The notes beneath the pieces are model-generated. The model was not told the origin of the DNA. It made no database searches and worked only from the letters and a program-made list of their open reading frames with translations. A stretch of 43,940 bases of DNA from Mitosporidium daphniae (lineage: Eukaryota). The stretch lies in assembly GCF_000760515.2 (NCBI RefSeq), contig NW_013546467.1:1-43940 (forward strand), read 5' to 3'. Both the position numbers and the translations under genes were made by a program. This document shows positions 10,496 to 22,700 of the stretch, in pieces (the stretch's first letter is position 1; every line of letters starts with the position of its first letter).

Positions 10496-10535
10496 TTTAT
10501 TAAAATTTATTAAAAACGCCATTTTTCATTATCCG

Positions 10536-11962
10536 ATGGGCCACATCAGAGCCTTCCAGCGGAAATCCCAGCTTTTCCGTAGGCTTTTTTCCCAGCTTGG
10601 GTATCAAAAAAAACAGTCAATAAGGGAGCAGATTTTATCGGCAACCGACGGCCATTCAAACATAACTCCGACAATTTTGGATCTTGTTGATAGGGAGTTG
10701 ATACATTCCCCTTGCCACCCTCTTAATCTGATTGCATTGAAAATAAAAGAGTATTTCTCGAGGCCCAGACCGCTATTTAAGTCTTTTGAACAAATCCGAC
10801 AACGATTTTTTGCTAGCAATCCCATGTGCGCAACTTTTCAGGATGCAAATATATGTTTCTCAACTTACGATTCGATTTCACCGATAGTGTCTACGTATGA
10901 AAATTTTGATGCGTTGGGGATCGGTTCTGATCATCCAGCCCGTGCTCCATCGGATACGTACTACATTAATCAGAACACGGTATTAAGAACCCACATGACT
11001 ACCCACGAACGCCGCTTTCTATCTCAATCTCCCCCAAGTGCGCCCATGGCGTTTATTTTACTTGGCGATGTGTATAGAAGAGACCAAGTAGATTCGCTCC
11101 ATTATCCCGCATTCCACCAGCTCGAAATGGTAAGAAGATTTGGGGTTGAAGAGTCCACAAATTTCAAGCTATTTTCACACTCGCTTTCTTCAGCAGAGAG
11201 GGCCCATATTTACAATAAGATTTCTCACATAGAAAAAAGTAAACATCTGCCCCTTCCACAAACGCTAGCCATTTTAGACATGCAATTGGAGCTTGAGGGA
11301 TTGATTTCGTTTGTGCTTCAACGTGATTTGCCTATGCGATGGCAGGAAACCGAATTTCCATTTACGAAGCCATCACAGGAGCTTGAAATTGGCAAAAAAA
11401 ACGAGTACATTGAAATCCTGGGCTCAGGATTGCTTACTGATCACATTTTAGGGCCATCTTTATCTTCAAACGAAGGCCTTCCATTGGCTTGGGCGGCAGG
11501 GTTGGGCATTGAAAGAATTGCAATGTTTCTGTATGAGATACCCGATATTCGGCTGTTCTGGTCGAAAGACGAAAAGTTTTTATCGCAATTCAGGGAAAAT
11601 GGCGGTGCATGCAAATTTAGGCCCATTTCGAAGCATCCGCCGATTTCGAGAGACATTTCGTTTTGGCTCCCGCAAACCTATGCAGCCGACGATGGTTCTT
11701 TCCACTTTAACAGCATATCTGAGCTGATACGAGAAAAAGCGGGCGCATTGGTAGAAAAAGTCTCCTTGATAGACCAGTATTTGGACACGAAGAAAGGACG
11801 TAAAAGCCAATGCTACAGAATTATTTTCAGATCGCTCGAAAGGTTTGCATTGTGTGGATTTATATAACTGTACATAGGTCTTTGTGCGACAGTGAAGTCA
11901 ATCAAATACTGACTGCCATTAAGCAAGACCTTGCCGAAAGGCTCAAAGTTGATGTTAGGTGA
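10536..11962 (+). CDS. MSF1: Mitochondrial phenylalanyl-tRNA synthetase (monomeric, FDX-ACB)
   Basis: Arg-rich presequence, HPAR..SDTYY, LRTHMT, YRRDQVD..HYPAFHQ, FPFTKPS, GLGIERIAM...IPDIRLFWS, RDISFW. The 35-nt intron 11843-11877 restores the C-terminus RSLCDSEVNQ...VDVR*. Confidence 0.92.
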
Positions 11963-12468
11963 ACAATAAACTTGAAATGTAAATACATTTAACAAAGGTG
12001 AAATTCGAAACTACCAATGATGGTGCGTGGTTTGGGATTGTGGTGGATATCAATAGACGTCCACATTAGAAAAGGACAATACCTTTGCTCGTATTGAATT
12101 GAACTTTTTGTTTGAAGGATGGCCGAAAGCGGTCCTAGCTCCAGCTAAAATCCCAGAGTGTCATTATAATTCTATAAAAAGCGGCACCAAACTCCAAAGT
12201 GGTACCACTGCATGTAATAGGAGGGTATTCAAATGGTTTTTATTAAAAGGCCAATTGATAGGTGTCTTTTGATTGGCCCGACCCGCCATTTTGACCCCAG
12301 CCTGGCATCAAATCAACACCAGGTGACCCCGCATTTAACGACTGAGGCAGATCTATACAATCTGTCATCTTAATTCCAACTTAGGATCAATGATGCGTGA
12401 ATGATGCCTCAATGATTGCAGTACCGAATCACGTCTCGCATGAAAACTTGATTAGGTGGTTTAATGTT

Positions 12469-15400
12469 TTATATTGTACAGCTCTGTTGATTGGAGTCGC
12501 TCGCAGGCGAAGGTTTGGAATGTTCTCTATGAAGCGCCTTCTTTTTCAACAACACAAGTGCCCTGTTTAAAACATGCATCGAGGTTGGGTAGAAGATGCT
12601 CTTAATAAATCCAAATATAATCCTAGGCGAGATGCATAGTAGTATGCAACAAAACATGCAAAGATAAAAGGCAGGCTGAAAGAAAAGAATCCACGGAGTT
12701 CCATACAAAGTGGACGTGGTCCAGCTTGCCATGATAAAAAATGTCACCAGAAGGATCACCAGAGATATCATGACGGAAAAAAGAGTCAGAAGCGTCCATG
12801 AGTAGTGGCATAAAAGAATGGTTAGATTTACAGTGGTTATTATACAAAAGGCCATAGCCGAGCCAACTACCGTTCGATCCTCAGGCACTGGAATCCAATC
12901 TAGCGTCCAAGACGAATGCATAAATAGCGTATTTAGCGGGCCGCCCGAGTAGACAAAACGCGGAATCAAGTAACACACCAGCGACTGGTAGACCCCCTCG
13001 GAGACGGCAATCAAAAACCTCTCTATCGAATAGTAGGATACAGGCTGGAAAATAGGGTCAAACGCTAGCTCTGATTTTCCGGTCGAAAAATGAGAGTGAG
13101 GATGGGATTGAACACATTTTGGCACCTTATTTCCCCCGGTATACATGCAGGGGAAAAGCATTGCAATATTACTTTCGATATCTCTGTCAAAGATACCCAG
13201 CGACAGCACAGGAAGAATAGAAAACAGAAAATTATAAAACAGAAGAAAGGCATAGTCATAAATAAATTGGGACGAAAAGGCACAATCAAATTGGTACCAG
13301 AAAAGAACAAACACAAATGCAATGTTTTTGTAAAAACAGCTTAGGGTTGCCGAGGAAATACGATGATACGACCACCTCCCATGAACAAGTAACAACCGCT
13401 TAAGGTGAGAAAACTGTGAAATAGAATAATCTGCAGCCATTACGGCTTGACAGCCCTCTTTTCCCGTGGAGATGCCAATACCAATGTCGGCTTTACGAAG
13501 CATTGATACATCATTTGCCCCATCTCCAATGGATAAGCACACCGCTGTGGATAGATATTCCTTGACCAACCCCACAATCATGGCCTTTTGCAGAGGGGCC
13601 ACTCTACTGCAGATAACTGAGGAACATCTTAAGGCAACAGATAAAAACAGCAGCTTGAGTGTGTCATCTGGAGAGTCAAGGATATATTTCAGCGTCATCC
13701 CATCGACTACCAAAGCAGCACCTTGGTAATGTGTTGAAAGAATCGATTTCGGGCTGTTAGGTAGCAATGAGTTGGGGCTTTTCATGTTTTGCATCGGGCT
13801 GGCTATGTTAGAAAAATACGAGAAAGGGCTTGTAGTATGTGACTGAATTAACGGCGAAACCGGAGTGGCTGTAACGGGATTTGGAGAAAAAAGAGTTCCC
13901 TCCGCCATTGACATGTTCTCTTTGGAATTGGAATAAAAATCCTCAAGAGTCCTCAAAAGCGAAAATCTTACGGCACACCCAGATTTATTACATGAAGAAG
14001 AAGAAGATGATGATGATGATGAACGAGACAACTGGAGTTCATGTTGGTCCTTGTCTTCTTGTAAAGATACGCACTTTTCTTCCAAGGGCTGTTCCAAATT
14101 TNAGAACAAAATCTCAATGAGCTTCATTGAAGAAGTAATCAGGCCAGCAGACGTGGAAACATTGACTGCAGTTTCGGCCTTATCGCCGGTAAGAACCCAA
14201 GTACAAATACGAGCCTCCCGGAATGATTCAATTGCATCCGCAACACCATCTTGCAACGAATCTTCAACGGCAGTAATACCGAGAAAACATAGGCCGCTCT
14301 CAAGATTGGAATAAAACTCTTCCGAACGACAGGCAGAGTTTTTAGCACTTACATTCTTGACTTCTTCATATTTTATCATTAGACTCTTCCACTCATCGGA
14401 AAGGACATCGTACTCTTTCATTGCAAAACACAAAATCCTCAATCCTTGTGAAGCCCAATGGGCAAGGTTGCTTGATGAATTTTGCACGGAAGCATCATCT
14501 TTACGGCACAAGGCAATAATGGCCGAGTCAGATCCTTTGCAGAAAAAATAGGCTTTTTCTTTGAGCCTCACAAGAACACCCATGCGTTGACGCTCTGAAG
14601 AAAATGGAATCGTCAAGATAACTTCATAGTTTTCAACGAAACTTTGTTGCTCCCCAACTTTGGGCGATGAAGCAGAAGGCTGCTCCTTGAAAAGATCTTC
14701 TAACCCATCGACAATGGCAACCGAGGCCGTTTTAGAGACTGCTCCACAATAAGGTGAAGATACACCCGATGTCCCTTTGAACTGGTAGCCCATCTCTGCA
14801 CATGCAGTAACCAACGCAACTTCGTCAGGAGATTCTCCGGAATAGATGAAAACATCTTCTACAGTCTGGCCCAAGGCAGTCGACGCAGGATTGGAAGCTT
14901 TTTTCTGCTCAATGCGAGTTGGATGAAGAGCGATGGTATCTGAGGACGAATGGGGGGAAAATTGCACCTCATTTGCCGATGGCAACACAGAATGGCACAG
15001 CGCAATGCACAGCATGATGAGCCGATAATGCGGCGAATCAGAAGGCATCGCAGATTCTTTCGATGCTAAAGGAGCATTCTTTAAAAAAAGCAAGCCATCG
15101 CCGTTTGACGAATAAATTTGGCCTCCTGCCCACAGATATTTAAATCGCATGATGTTTTTTGTTAGGGTTCCCGTTTTGTCTGAAAAAATAAATTGAACAC
15201 GCCCGAGATCGTCAGATAAATTCCACGCCCTCGCATTACACTGCTTTCCAGAAATGGGGTCCTTCATCGCCAAATCAGAATGGATTAAAAATGCATGGAT
15301 TGTCTTGCATATTTCAACGGTGATGTATAGGGCGATTGGGACGACGGTTTGGAACAGGATCAAAGACGAAAAAAAAGAAACCACTACTGAAGAAAGAGTT

Positions 15401-16929
15401 GTCGTCTCCAGTAGCAACTTTGTCGATGTAATTGAAAACGATTCAACAGACATGCACACAAGGCACAAAATTAGCAAAAGCAGAAAATTTAGCAAAATTT
15501 GTCTATTTAGCTGTCTCTCAATGGTAGATCTTTTAGAGGGCGAACCTTCTGCTGAGCTGGTGGGCGAATTCACCTTTTGATGCGCTATCGAGTTCAACAT
15601 GATTTTTGTCTCATATCCTGTGTACAAGACGACCCCAATAACCCAATCCGTGTTTTTGGTAATACAACCTCGAAGAAGGATATGCTCTTGAGTCAAGAGC
15701 ACCTCCTCATTGGTGTTGCACTCGTTTTCAAAAAATACCTTCCCACTGAAGGAATATAAATGCGGGCTTGGAGGGTCGATTTCGATCCGTAGGGATTTTA
15801 ATGAAAAGCTATCATGAATAGGGATTGCTCTCTTTATCTTCAAATTGGTTTCGCCATCTAAGCTCATGGTGTCAAGGTATATTTCAGAACGGGACGAAGA
15901 CGAAAGGGCAACGCAATCTGCCGGAATGGAATCTCCGGATCGAAGATAAATTACGTCACCCACTTTGATGTCTTTCCAGGCAACTTTCCTTTTTTTAAAG
16001 TGATCACTTTGATCTGCAGATGAAATTGGCTCCAAAATTGTGGCCCATGACTCGTTGATTAGCCTATCAGCCTTATGCCGCCGGTAGTCCTCGACTGCAT
16101 CCTTAATACCGGTGGCCATTAAAATAAATAAAAGCGGTCCTGCTGACAAAAGTGGATTGTAGGACGAAATAGCAGGGATAAATTGAAGAACAACAAGCAG
16201 CAAAAAATAAACGTTAGCAAGCCGATGGAACTGTTCATACAGGTTTTTGGGGATAAACGTAAATAGGTTGTATTTCGTTGAGTGCACCTCGTTAGAGCAA
16301 AACTTGCTATCGCTCGAATTGCCACCAATACAATCGATACATCTACGGTCAGCGATTTCCTGTTCAACAGAGTTTAAAGAGCTTTGATCGGGTTCCCCTT
16401 GCACCGAAAACGAGGCAGACGTTAGCTTATGGGAGCAAGTAGAAGACCCCGCCATGGTGCTGAGGTCTGATAGCTGCTGAAAAGAAAGCGTGGACGAAAG
16501 AACATATGCGTTAAAATTGGCTGGGCGGTTTAATTTTTCCGTTGGAACGCCGTCGAACCAATTTCTTGTCTTTGTTACCAATCTCATCATTTTTTTTGTT
16601 TGCTTGTCTTTGAGCCTAATTAGGGACCGTTTCGCTTTTGGAGTCCCCGAAGCTTTGTCCTTTTCCGCTGGATATGCCGTGTGATCTTGATGCAAAGAGG
16701 TTTCTTGTATTTTTCCCGCTAAACGTAAAATAAATAACATACAATTTCTAATTGGACTGTGTGATCCCGACGCAGAATTGTCCGCATCAAAATTGTTTGA
16801 AGCACAGGAAGGAATTTCGGCAACTCCCTCTTCGTCTGTGGAAGTATCATAGTCGGCCTCGCTGGTGCTGTATATCTCATTACTGTCAGTATAGCTAACG
16901 GAAGAAGATGAAATGCTATGGGATGGCAT
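12469..16929 (-). CDS. P4-type ATPase (phospholipid flippase, Dnf/Drs2 family)
   Basis: STKYN..TFIPKNLYEQF, LDGETNLK, DKTGTLT, SPDEVALV, WVLTGDK, IGDGANDVSM, LLLVHGRW. One ambiguous base (n at 14102). Confidence 0.95.
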   Translation of the reverse strand: MPSHSISSSSVSYTDSNEIYSTSEADYDTSTDEEGVAEIPSCASNNFDADNSASGSHSPIRNCMLFILRLAGKIQETSLHQDHTAYPAEKDKASGTPKAKRSLIRLKDKQTKKMMRLVTKTRNWFDGVPTEKLNRPANFNAYVLSSTLSFQQLSDLSTMAGSSTCSHKLTSASFSVQGEPDQSSLNSVEQEIADRRCIDCIGGNSSDSKFCSNEVHSTKYNLFTFIPKNLYEQFHRLANVYFLLLVVLQFIPAISSYNPLLSAGPLLFILMATGIKDAVEDYRRHKADRLINESWATILEPISSADQSDHFKKRKVAWKDIKVGDVIYLRSGDSIPADCVALSSSSRSEIYLDTMSLDGETNLKIKRAIPIHDSFSLKSLRIEIDPPSPHLYSFSGKVFFENECNTNEEVLLTQEHILLRGCITKNTDWVIGVVLYTGYETKIMLNSIAHQKVNSPTSSAEGSPSKRSTIERQLNRQILLNFLLLLILCLVCMSVESFSITSTKLLLETTTLSSVVVSFFSSLILFQTVVPIALYITVEICKTIHAFLIHSDLAMKDPISGKQCNARAWNLSDDLGRVQFIFSDKTGTLTKNIMRFKYLWAGGQIYSSNGDGLLFLKNAPLASKESAMPSDSPHYRLIMLCIALCHSVLPSANEVQFSPHSSSDTIALHPTRIEQKKASNPASTALGQTVEDVFIYSGESPDEVALVTACAEMGYQFKGTSGVSSPYCGAVSKTASVAIVDGLEDLFKEQPSASSPKVGEQQSFVENYEVILTIPFSSERQRMGVLVRLKEKAYFFCKGSDSAIIALCRKDDASVQNSSSNLAHWASQGLRILCFAMKEYDVLSDEWKSLMIKYEEVKNVSAKNSACRSEEFYSNLESGLCFLGITAVEDSLQDGVADAIESFREARICTWVLTGDKAETAVNVSTSAGLITSSMKLIEILFXNLEQPLEEKCVSLQEDKDQHELQLSRSSSSSSSSSSCNKSGCAVRFSLLRTLEDFYSNSKENMSMAEGTLFSPNPVTATPVSPLIQSHTTSPFSYFSNIASPMQNMKSPNSLLPNSPKSILSTHYQGAALVVDGMTLKYILDSPDDTLKLLFLSVALRCSSVICSRVAPLQKAMIVGLVKEYLSTAVCLSIGDGANDVSMLRKADIGIGISTGKEGCQAVMAADYSISQFSHLKRLLLVHGRWSYHRISSATLSCFYKNIAFVFVLFWYQFDCAFSSQFIYDYAFLLFYNFLFSILPVLSLGIFDRDIESNIAMLFPCMYTGGNKVPKCVQSHPHSHFSTGKSELAFDPIFQPVSYYSIERFLIAVSEGVYQSLVCYLIPRFVYSGGPLNTLFMHSSWTLDWIPVPEDRTVVGSAMAFCIITTVNLTILLCHYSWTLLTLFSVMISLVILLVTFFIMASWTTSTLYGTPWILFFQPAFYLCMFCCILLCISPRIIFGFIKSIFYPTSMHVLNRALVLLKKKALHREHSKPSPASDSNQQSCTI

Positions 16930-17007
16930 TTCGAATTGTGATAAACATTTTGCTACAAGTGCATTGATTAAATAAGAGTCCCATAATTAAAAAAATTTCC
17001 AAGCTAG

Positions 17008-17015
17008 TATATAAA
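17008..17015 (+). promoter_or_regulatory. TATA box of the U2 snRNA gene
   Basis: TATATAAA about 29 nt upstream of the U2 5' end. Confidence 0.65.
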
Positions 17016-17036
17016 TGAAGCTTTTTCTGCAACCTT

Positions 17037-17220
17037 ATCCTCTCAAGCCTATTGGCTTAGATCAAGTGTAGTATCTGTTCTTATCAGTTTGAAAACTGGT
17101 ATTCTTCCACCGGAAGAGTATTATTTTCATTCTAATTTTTTGCGCAGGGGGTTGTTGATGGCTTGCCTAGACACCTCGTGGGTGTCCCTGGTATTGTACT
17201 GCATCCGGGTGACGTCCAGC
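17037..17220 (+). ncRNA. U2: U2 spliceosomal snRNA
   Basis: Conserved GGCTTAGATCAAGTGTAGTATCTGTTCTTATCAG (branch-site region GTAGTA), stems IIa and IIb, Sm site AATTTTTTG at 17134-17142, and 3' stem-loop IV with TATTGTAC loop. Confidence 0.97.
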
Positions 17221-17405
17221 CTCCTTCATCAATAATGTTTCCATAGTTTTATTTTACTTTCAATGATGGTGGTGATCAGTGGTGCACTTTTGGCATCTTC
17301 CACTGGCCTCACAATTGAGCTGTGTGTTACGGCGGTATCCGATTTCCGTTGTGCGAATTGATCCGGCTTCTGGCCAAGTGGGTGGGGGTTTTACTTTTTG
17401 TTCAT

Positions 17406-19112
17406 TTAATTTTGGCGACAACATGCCACGCTGTGTTCATAGAATTGATTGGGATATGTGATGACGCCGTCTGAAGCGCCGGTTTTTGCTGTTGCCGAAC
17501 AAATCGATCCACCTCTCACGGATTCCAAAAGACGAGTGCAGGCCAGCTGATAATGACCGGATGTTGAAATACTCATAACTTCCTTTAATGTTTCTGTGGA
17601 TAGTGGCTTGAACGCGGAGGAGGAGGACACCGAGCTGCTTCCATAGGCCTGTGAAAGCCACGAAGCTAGCAAATCTGGGCTTTGATGTCGAAACGGACAC
17701 CCATGCGTATCTCCTGCCGCTGGGGAGGTTCCTGTAATAATTCTATGACATGAATATGGAGGGTAGTTGGTTCTTTTCCCTTCTTGGCCATAATTATGCC
17801 TGATATTGTAGAGATAGTTTTTCTGGAACGAATCGTCGGTGGTTTTTTTAGAAAAAGCCTTCTTCCAAAAAACGATTGCATCATCCAGGTTCAAACCAAT
17901 GGACTGGAAATAAAGGGCATTCAAACTAACCTTCAAAAAAAGACCAAATTGCATGCGTCCTCCGTGCTTAAGATGGCTTTCCTTCCTGAGCTTGCCATTG
18001 ATTTGGAGCATGCATGGAGGAAAGTGGATGGCAACCTAGCATTGGGTTAATGCCGATCATAAGTGACGAAATAAACAAATAAAACACACAAAAAGCGCTA
18101 CATACCCGGTCCACATCAGAGGCAGAGAGCCTTTCCATCTTGGACGTAAGCATGGCAGCAGAGCTGTCAATGGTGTCATCCAACCCGGCCGAAATGGCAT
18201 CAAGGAGCGAAAATATCCTTTCGTCATTTTCAATAAAAGGGAGCGAAGATGACATCTCAATAAGATCACGCTCGAGCATAGCCTTAAAGGCAGAGTTGAT
18301 GATGGAAAGAACCTCACTTCGGTGCACAAATGCCCAACCATTGTTCAAGAAAACAGATCTACGACCAACCAAGTCAGGGACATTTTCCCAAGGCACCTAG
18401 GGTAAGCAAAACAGGTGAGAAACCTTGTAATACTGCTGCTGACGGTGCTCGGAAGAATCGCTAGCAATCAACGGTGTGGTGGCCATCAAATTGTTCGTAA
18501 CAGAAGCGATTTCATCGTCCGAAATGTACTGCAGCTGAGGGAAATGTTTTTCAATGAATTTGGATTTTTCCTCACTGCCCAGCAAATGCTGAAATCTCCA
18601 GCGCAACATGGCTGCCTCTTGATTGACAAACCAGCGACGGCTCTCTTCCCTTCTGCAATAAGCGAGCCTAGAAATGAGTTGACAACGACGGCGACCTTAA
18701 AATAAAGTGCGAGGTTATATCGTTAAGGCGCTCCTCATCAAGAGGATAGCCCTTATGTGCAGCATTTGAATGTAATGGCATCAAACGCTCCTCGGCAGAA
18801 GAAATAAAATGGGCATCAGAGACTCCACCATGCTGAATTCGGGCATAGTAATTTTCAATTGCCTTCAGCACTATAGATAAGGGTTAGGGTTCTTTCACAT
18901 TTAAGACGCGAAATGGCCAGCCTTTCCAAAATTTCCAGTCGAATTTCGTGCACCGGAAATTCGTCATAAAACGAAAGTCGAAGAGGGTAACGCAGCAAAA
19001 CATCATGCCCAACCCCACTAGCAGACGAAGAGCCTCTCCCCGCAACAAGATGGTCAAACATAGCGTCCTCATATGAAATCGTACCGGTGGGAGCACGGAT
19101 AATCCGCTTCAT
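17406..19112 (-). CDS. PRI2: DNA primase large subunit, 5 exons
   Basis: SHFILRLAYC, YKVPW, FPPCM, HLKHGGRMQFGLFLK, YNIRHNYGQEGKRTNY, Fe-S cysteines (YSC, HGCPF, QLAC). Introns 18871-18898, 18668-18695, 18397-18423, 18036-18105. Confidence 0.95.
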
Positions 19113-19215
19113 TTTCCGTTGGCTATGAAAATTTTACAATTTAATTGTGTGTTTATGCATTTTGGGGGGAAACGAAAATGCTGGGATCATGTTTTGATTG
19201 CTGAGCGGCCGGCGA

Positions 19216-19644
19216 TCACAAATAAAACATCCAGAGCGTCCTGACCATTGCTACAGATGCTAAAATGGCAAGGGAGTATCCCAAGTTTACCAACATCAAG
19301 GAAACGTTTCGCTGGTCAAGTACAAAATGGATGCAAATTGACGGGACATAGAAGAACTGCCAAAGGATATACACAGCCAGTAAAGAATCCAAAATTGTTT
19401 TTGCTCCGATCGCATGCAACAGCAAAAGAACTCCGATCACTTCGAGCATTCCAAAAAAAATAATCAACATAAATGTGAGGGCAGGATTGCTGTCGCAGTC
19501 GCTCTTATCCTTATTATTTGCTTTCAAAAAGATTGACTGGAACATACTTTCGGAATACCAGAATCCCCCAATCATCATATACGTAAGTATGCCAAATAGC
19601 AGGGGCAAAGCATGCTGGTGTAAGAAAGTGCACATTGATATCAT
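19216..19644 (-). CDS. DUF1761-like small multi-pass membrane protein
   Basis: Four hydrophobic segments; the IGGFWYS..F and R..SL.LVN.GY.L patterns recall DUF1761. Intronless. Confidence 0.65.
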   Translation of the reverse strand: MISMCTFLHQHALPLLFGILTYMMIGGFWYSESMFQSIFLKANNKDKSDCDSNPALTFMLIIFFGMLEVIGVLLLLHAIGAKTILDSLLAVYILWQFFYVPSICIHFVLDQRNVSLMLVNLGYSLAILASVAMVRTLWMFYL

Positions 19645-19789
19645 TTACGAATTAAAGTTGTGATTTGTAAATGCCATTTAGATTTTAATTTAGGGTTAGA
19701 CTAACTTGTTGTCCACCTAATAATCGTCTTGACGTGCGGTAATCATTACCTGACCGTTGCTGCTGATTTAATCCATTGTTTTCTGTTTT

Positions 19790-22700
19790 ATGATGGCTTC
19801 ATCTACCCCGAATACAATTCATACTCCATCCCCACCGCCTGCACAGCAACATTCTGTTGATCATAGAGCTTCAAAGCATGCCCTTAACCCCGATCCTACG
19901 TTTAACGCAACCAAGCAGACTCGACCAAACCAGCGTAGCAGTCCAGCTCATGGAAACAACATCACACAGCACACAAAGCGCAATGGGCGCCCAGTTGTTC
20001 CTTCTTTTACACAAGAGCCTGCTCTTGGTTCCTCTACGTCGACTGGACGAACGACGTCCCCAAGGCCCACCTATTCCAGTGCAGCGTCTGCATCTATAGT
20101 TTCTGCCAGCGGAGCTACAGAACCCCATGAGCAGCGCCGGACTTCTCGCCATACACATTCTGGAACGCTTAACCTCGACCTCCTTCCACAAAGGACACAA
20201 TCTGCCCCACCAGAGCTTCATGAGGAGATCCCGTCGTCCGCTTCTACCTTTACTCAAGTAAAGGTCGAAACAAAAGATAATGCGGAAAAGAAAACGGAAA
20301 TTCTGCCCGAAATTCTGCCCGAAATTCTGCCCGAAATTCTTCCTGCCTTTGTCCCTATGCCTTCGAGTATGGTTGATCCCTCAATCGAGTCTGCCCAAAG
20401 GCCTTCTCATGATGGAAGAGATTTCATTCCAAATTACTATAAGCCACCTGCTGCAAGCTACACGTCCTCATCCACTCTTCTTTACCCAACAATGCCCTAT
20501 CCAAACTCTCCTTATACCCTTACAGGTTATACGCCTCATGGAATAGCCTTATATTCGATGAACTACATGCCTTCGCCTATTGCTTCCGTTTCTTCCCCTC
20601 TTGTTACTTCGTTTGCCCCGCCATCTTCCTCATCATCTTCTTCTTCGGCCACACTTTTTGTTAAACCCCCGACGTCGCGAAAGACTATCAGCATTAAGCA
20701 TCCAGATACAAAAGAAGAAATTGTAATTTCTAAACCCACGGTTTTACCAGATAAAGTGACACCAAATGCCGTAGAAGTTCAATCTGAAATCGACCCCAAA
20801 AAGGATGATGTTGAGCCTGTTTGTCAACTCGAAACAACCCCGTGTTGCGAAATGATATTGCCCACAATTGTGCTCTCTAAAGTAGAGCCGCTTGAAAAGG
20901 AAGAATTAGCTGAGAAGAATACTCTCGAAGAATTGCTTGAGGGTATGTCAATTGAAGAACCAGCTGCAAAGGTTTCACAAGCAGAAGCCGTGCCTCTTGG
21001 TGAGGAAAAGATTGAAAATCTGAGCTCAAGGATTTATGACAAAAAAATGCTGTACGCACTTCTTCAATCGCAGAAGTTTGAATGTCCCTCTATGGAAGAC
21101 ACCTTTAGGACTTTTCTAGACTTACTTGAACGGGCTTCTTCTTACTCCTTACAAGGTGCTTCACGCGGTGGTGAAAAGCGTCACCATCACTCTGGGGCAT
21201 CTGGTCAAAAGATGGGTGCACCTCCTGGATACGAAGCATCTGGGCCTCCTGGATTTTCTAGGCGCCAAGATGGTGGTGCAAGTCGCTCTTCACGTGGTGA
21301 CTCTTCTCCTAGTCATGGTGCAATTCAGCGAGGACGTGTTTCCTCCACTCCACTGATTGCAAGGCGAGCAGCCTCACCGCAGCCAGTGCTTCTTCCTACG
21401 GAGGGTCGTTGGGTACGTCCTACGCTGGTTAAGGATGAATCCACAAAAACAGATATAGTGCTGCGTCTCGTTAATGGATCCCTCAACAAACTCACGCCAG
21501 ACAACTTTGAACGTCTTTCGATGACTGTAATCCAGACGCTGGTGGGTCCCCTAGGCGTTCTCGTCTCTGCATATCCAAAGCTTTCAAAAGCAGTGATGGC
21601 AAATGAAGAACCAGTGTGGAGTGAAGATGAAGATGAGGCAAGATCGCTTCTTGCCCAGGTTATTGGAGCTTTTTTTGACAAGGCTGTGGATGAGCCGCAC
21701 TTTGCTCCCCTATATGCTGGTCTATGTCGTGTAATTGCAGATAATCCCCAACTTCCAGAGTATCCGGCGCGAAAATCGACCACCGACTCTACATTGGCTC
21801 CGGTCTCCATGTTCCGTATGGCTCTGTTGCATCGCTGCCGCGCAGAATATGAAAAAAAAATTGCTTGGAGTAACAACTCGGCTAGTTCTACTTCATTATC
21901 AGGATCTATTTCTTGCGATACCACAGCTACCACGGATAAAAGCTCTGCTTGCGTATCTTCCGGTACGGAGGTTTTGGACGAGGCCGAAATAGAGTTTACC
22001 AGGCTGAAGACAAAGCGCCGAGTTTTGGGAAATATCGCCTTCATTGGCCATCTGTACAAGCATGGCTTGCTGCGTGAAGAAATCATTCTTTCATTGGTGC
22101 AGGAGACACTCAATGCCTCTTCGTCCGATGAGGACGATCTTGAATGCTGTATCCAAATGCTGAACTCGACAGGCTCCAAACTTGAGGCTTCCTCGGCTGC
22201 CCGACTCGATGTCTTCTTTACCAAGTTGCATACATTGACTACGTCCGAATCAAAGCTTTCCAATCGCATTAAGTTTGCCATTATGGACCTTATTGATTTG
22301 CGCAAGGCCGCATGGCACAAAGATCTCATTTCTAAAGTTAGTCAGCAACAACAGCAACATACAGGAAGAGGCCCGATAGGCATAGCATCGGCGCCTGCAC
22401 TTCTTCGTAGCACATCTTCATCCTTGGGAACTCCCGGACGCAGGAGAGGAGATTTCACAGAGGTCAGGTCAATTGCTACAAGATTGCCAACCGGAAAACC
22501 ATCCGTAAATTCAAGCTCCGTATCCACGTCTGCTGGTTTCTCTTCAAATAAGCTTTCAACGACGTCAGCTAGCAAAAACAAATTTGGACTCCTTAATGAT
22601 ATAGGTGTTGCCAGTGATGATTCTGGAAATCAAAATAGCCTTGGCAGTCTGTCAGAAAAGAGTGATGACGAGATGGACGTTGATGTGAATGAGCATCTGA

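Noticed and set aside
10419..10535. Apparent overlap of PheRS with IMP4
   Set aside because: Artefact of a TTG start; ATG 10536 begins a plausible mitochondrial presequence.
13990..14025. GAA/GAT trinucleotide run
   Set aside because: Ordinary poly-Ser low-complexity insert in the P4-ATPase.
18880..18892. GGGTTAGGGTT telomere-like tract
   Set aside because: It is the CCCTAAC branch site of the first PRI2 intron on the minus strand.
21325..22329. 334-aa antisense ORF within eIF4G (and similar shadows over CDC48, AGO, UTP4 and the ATPase)
   Set aside because: In-register antisense shadows of conserved coding sequence, with no motifs of their own.
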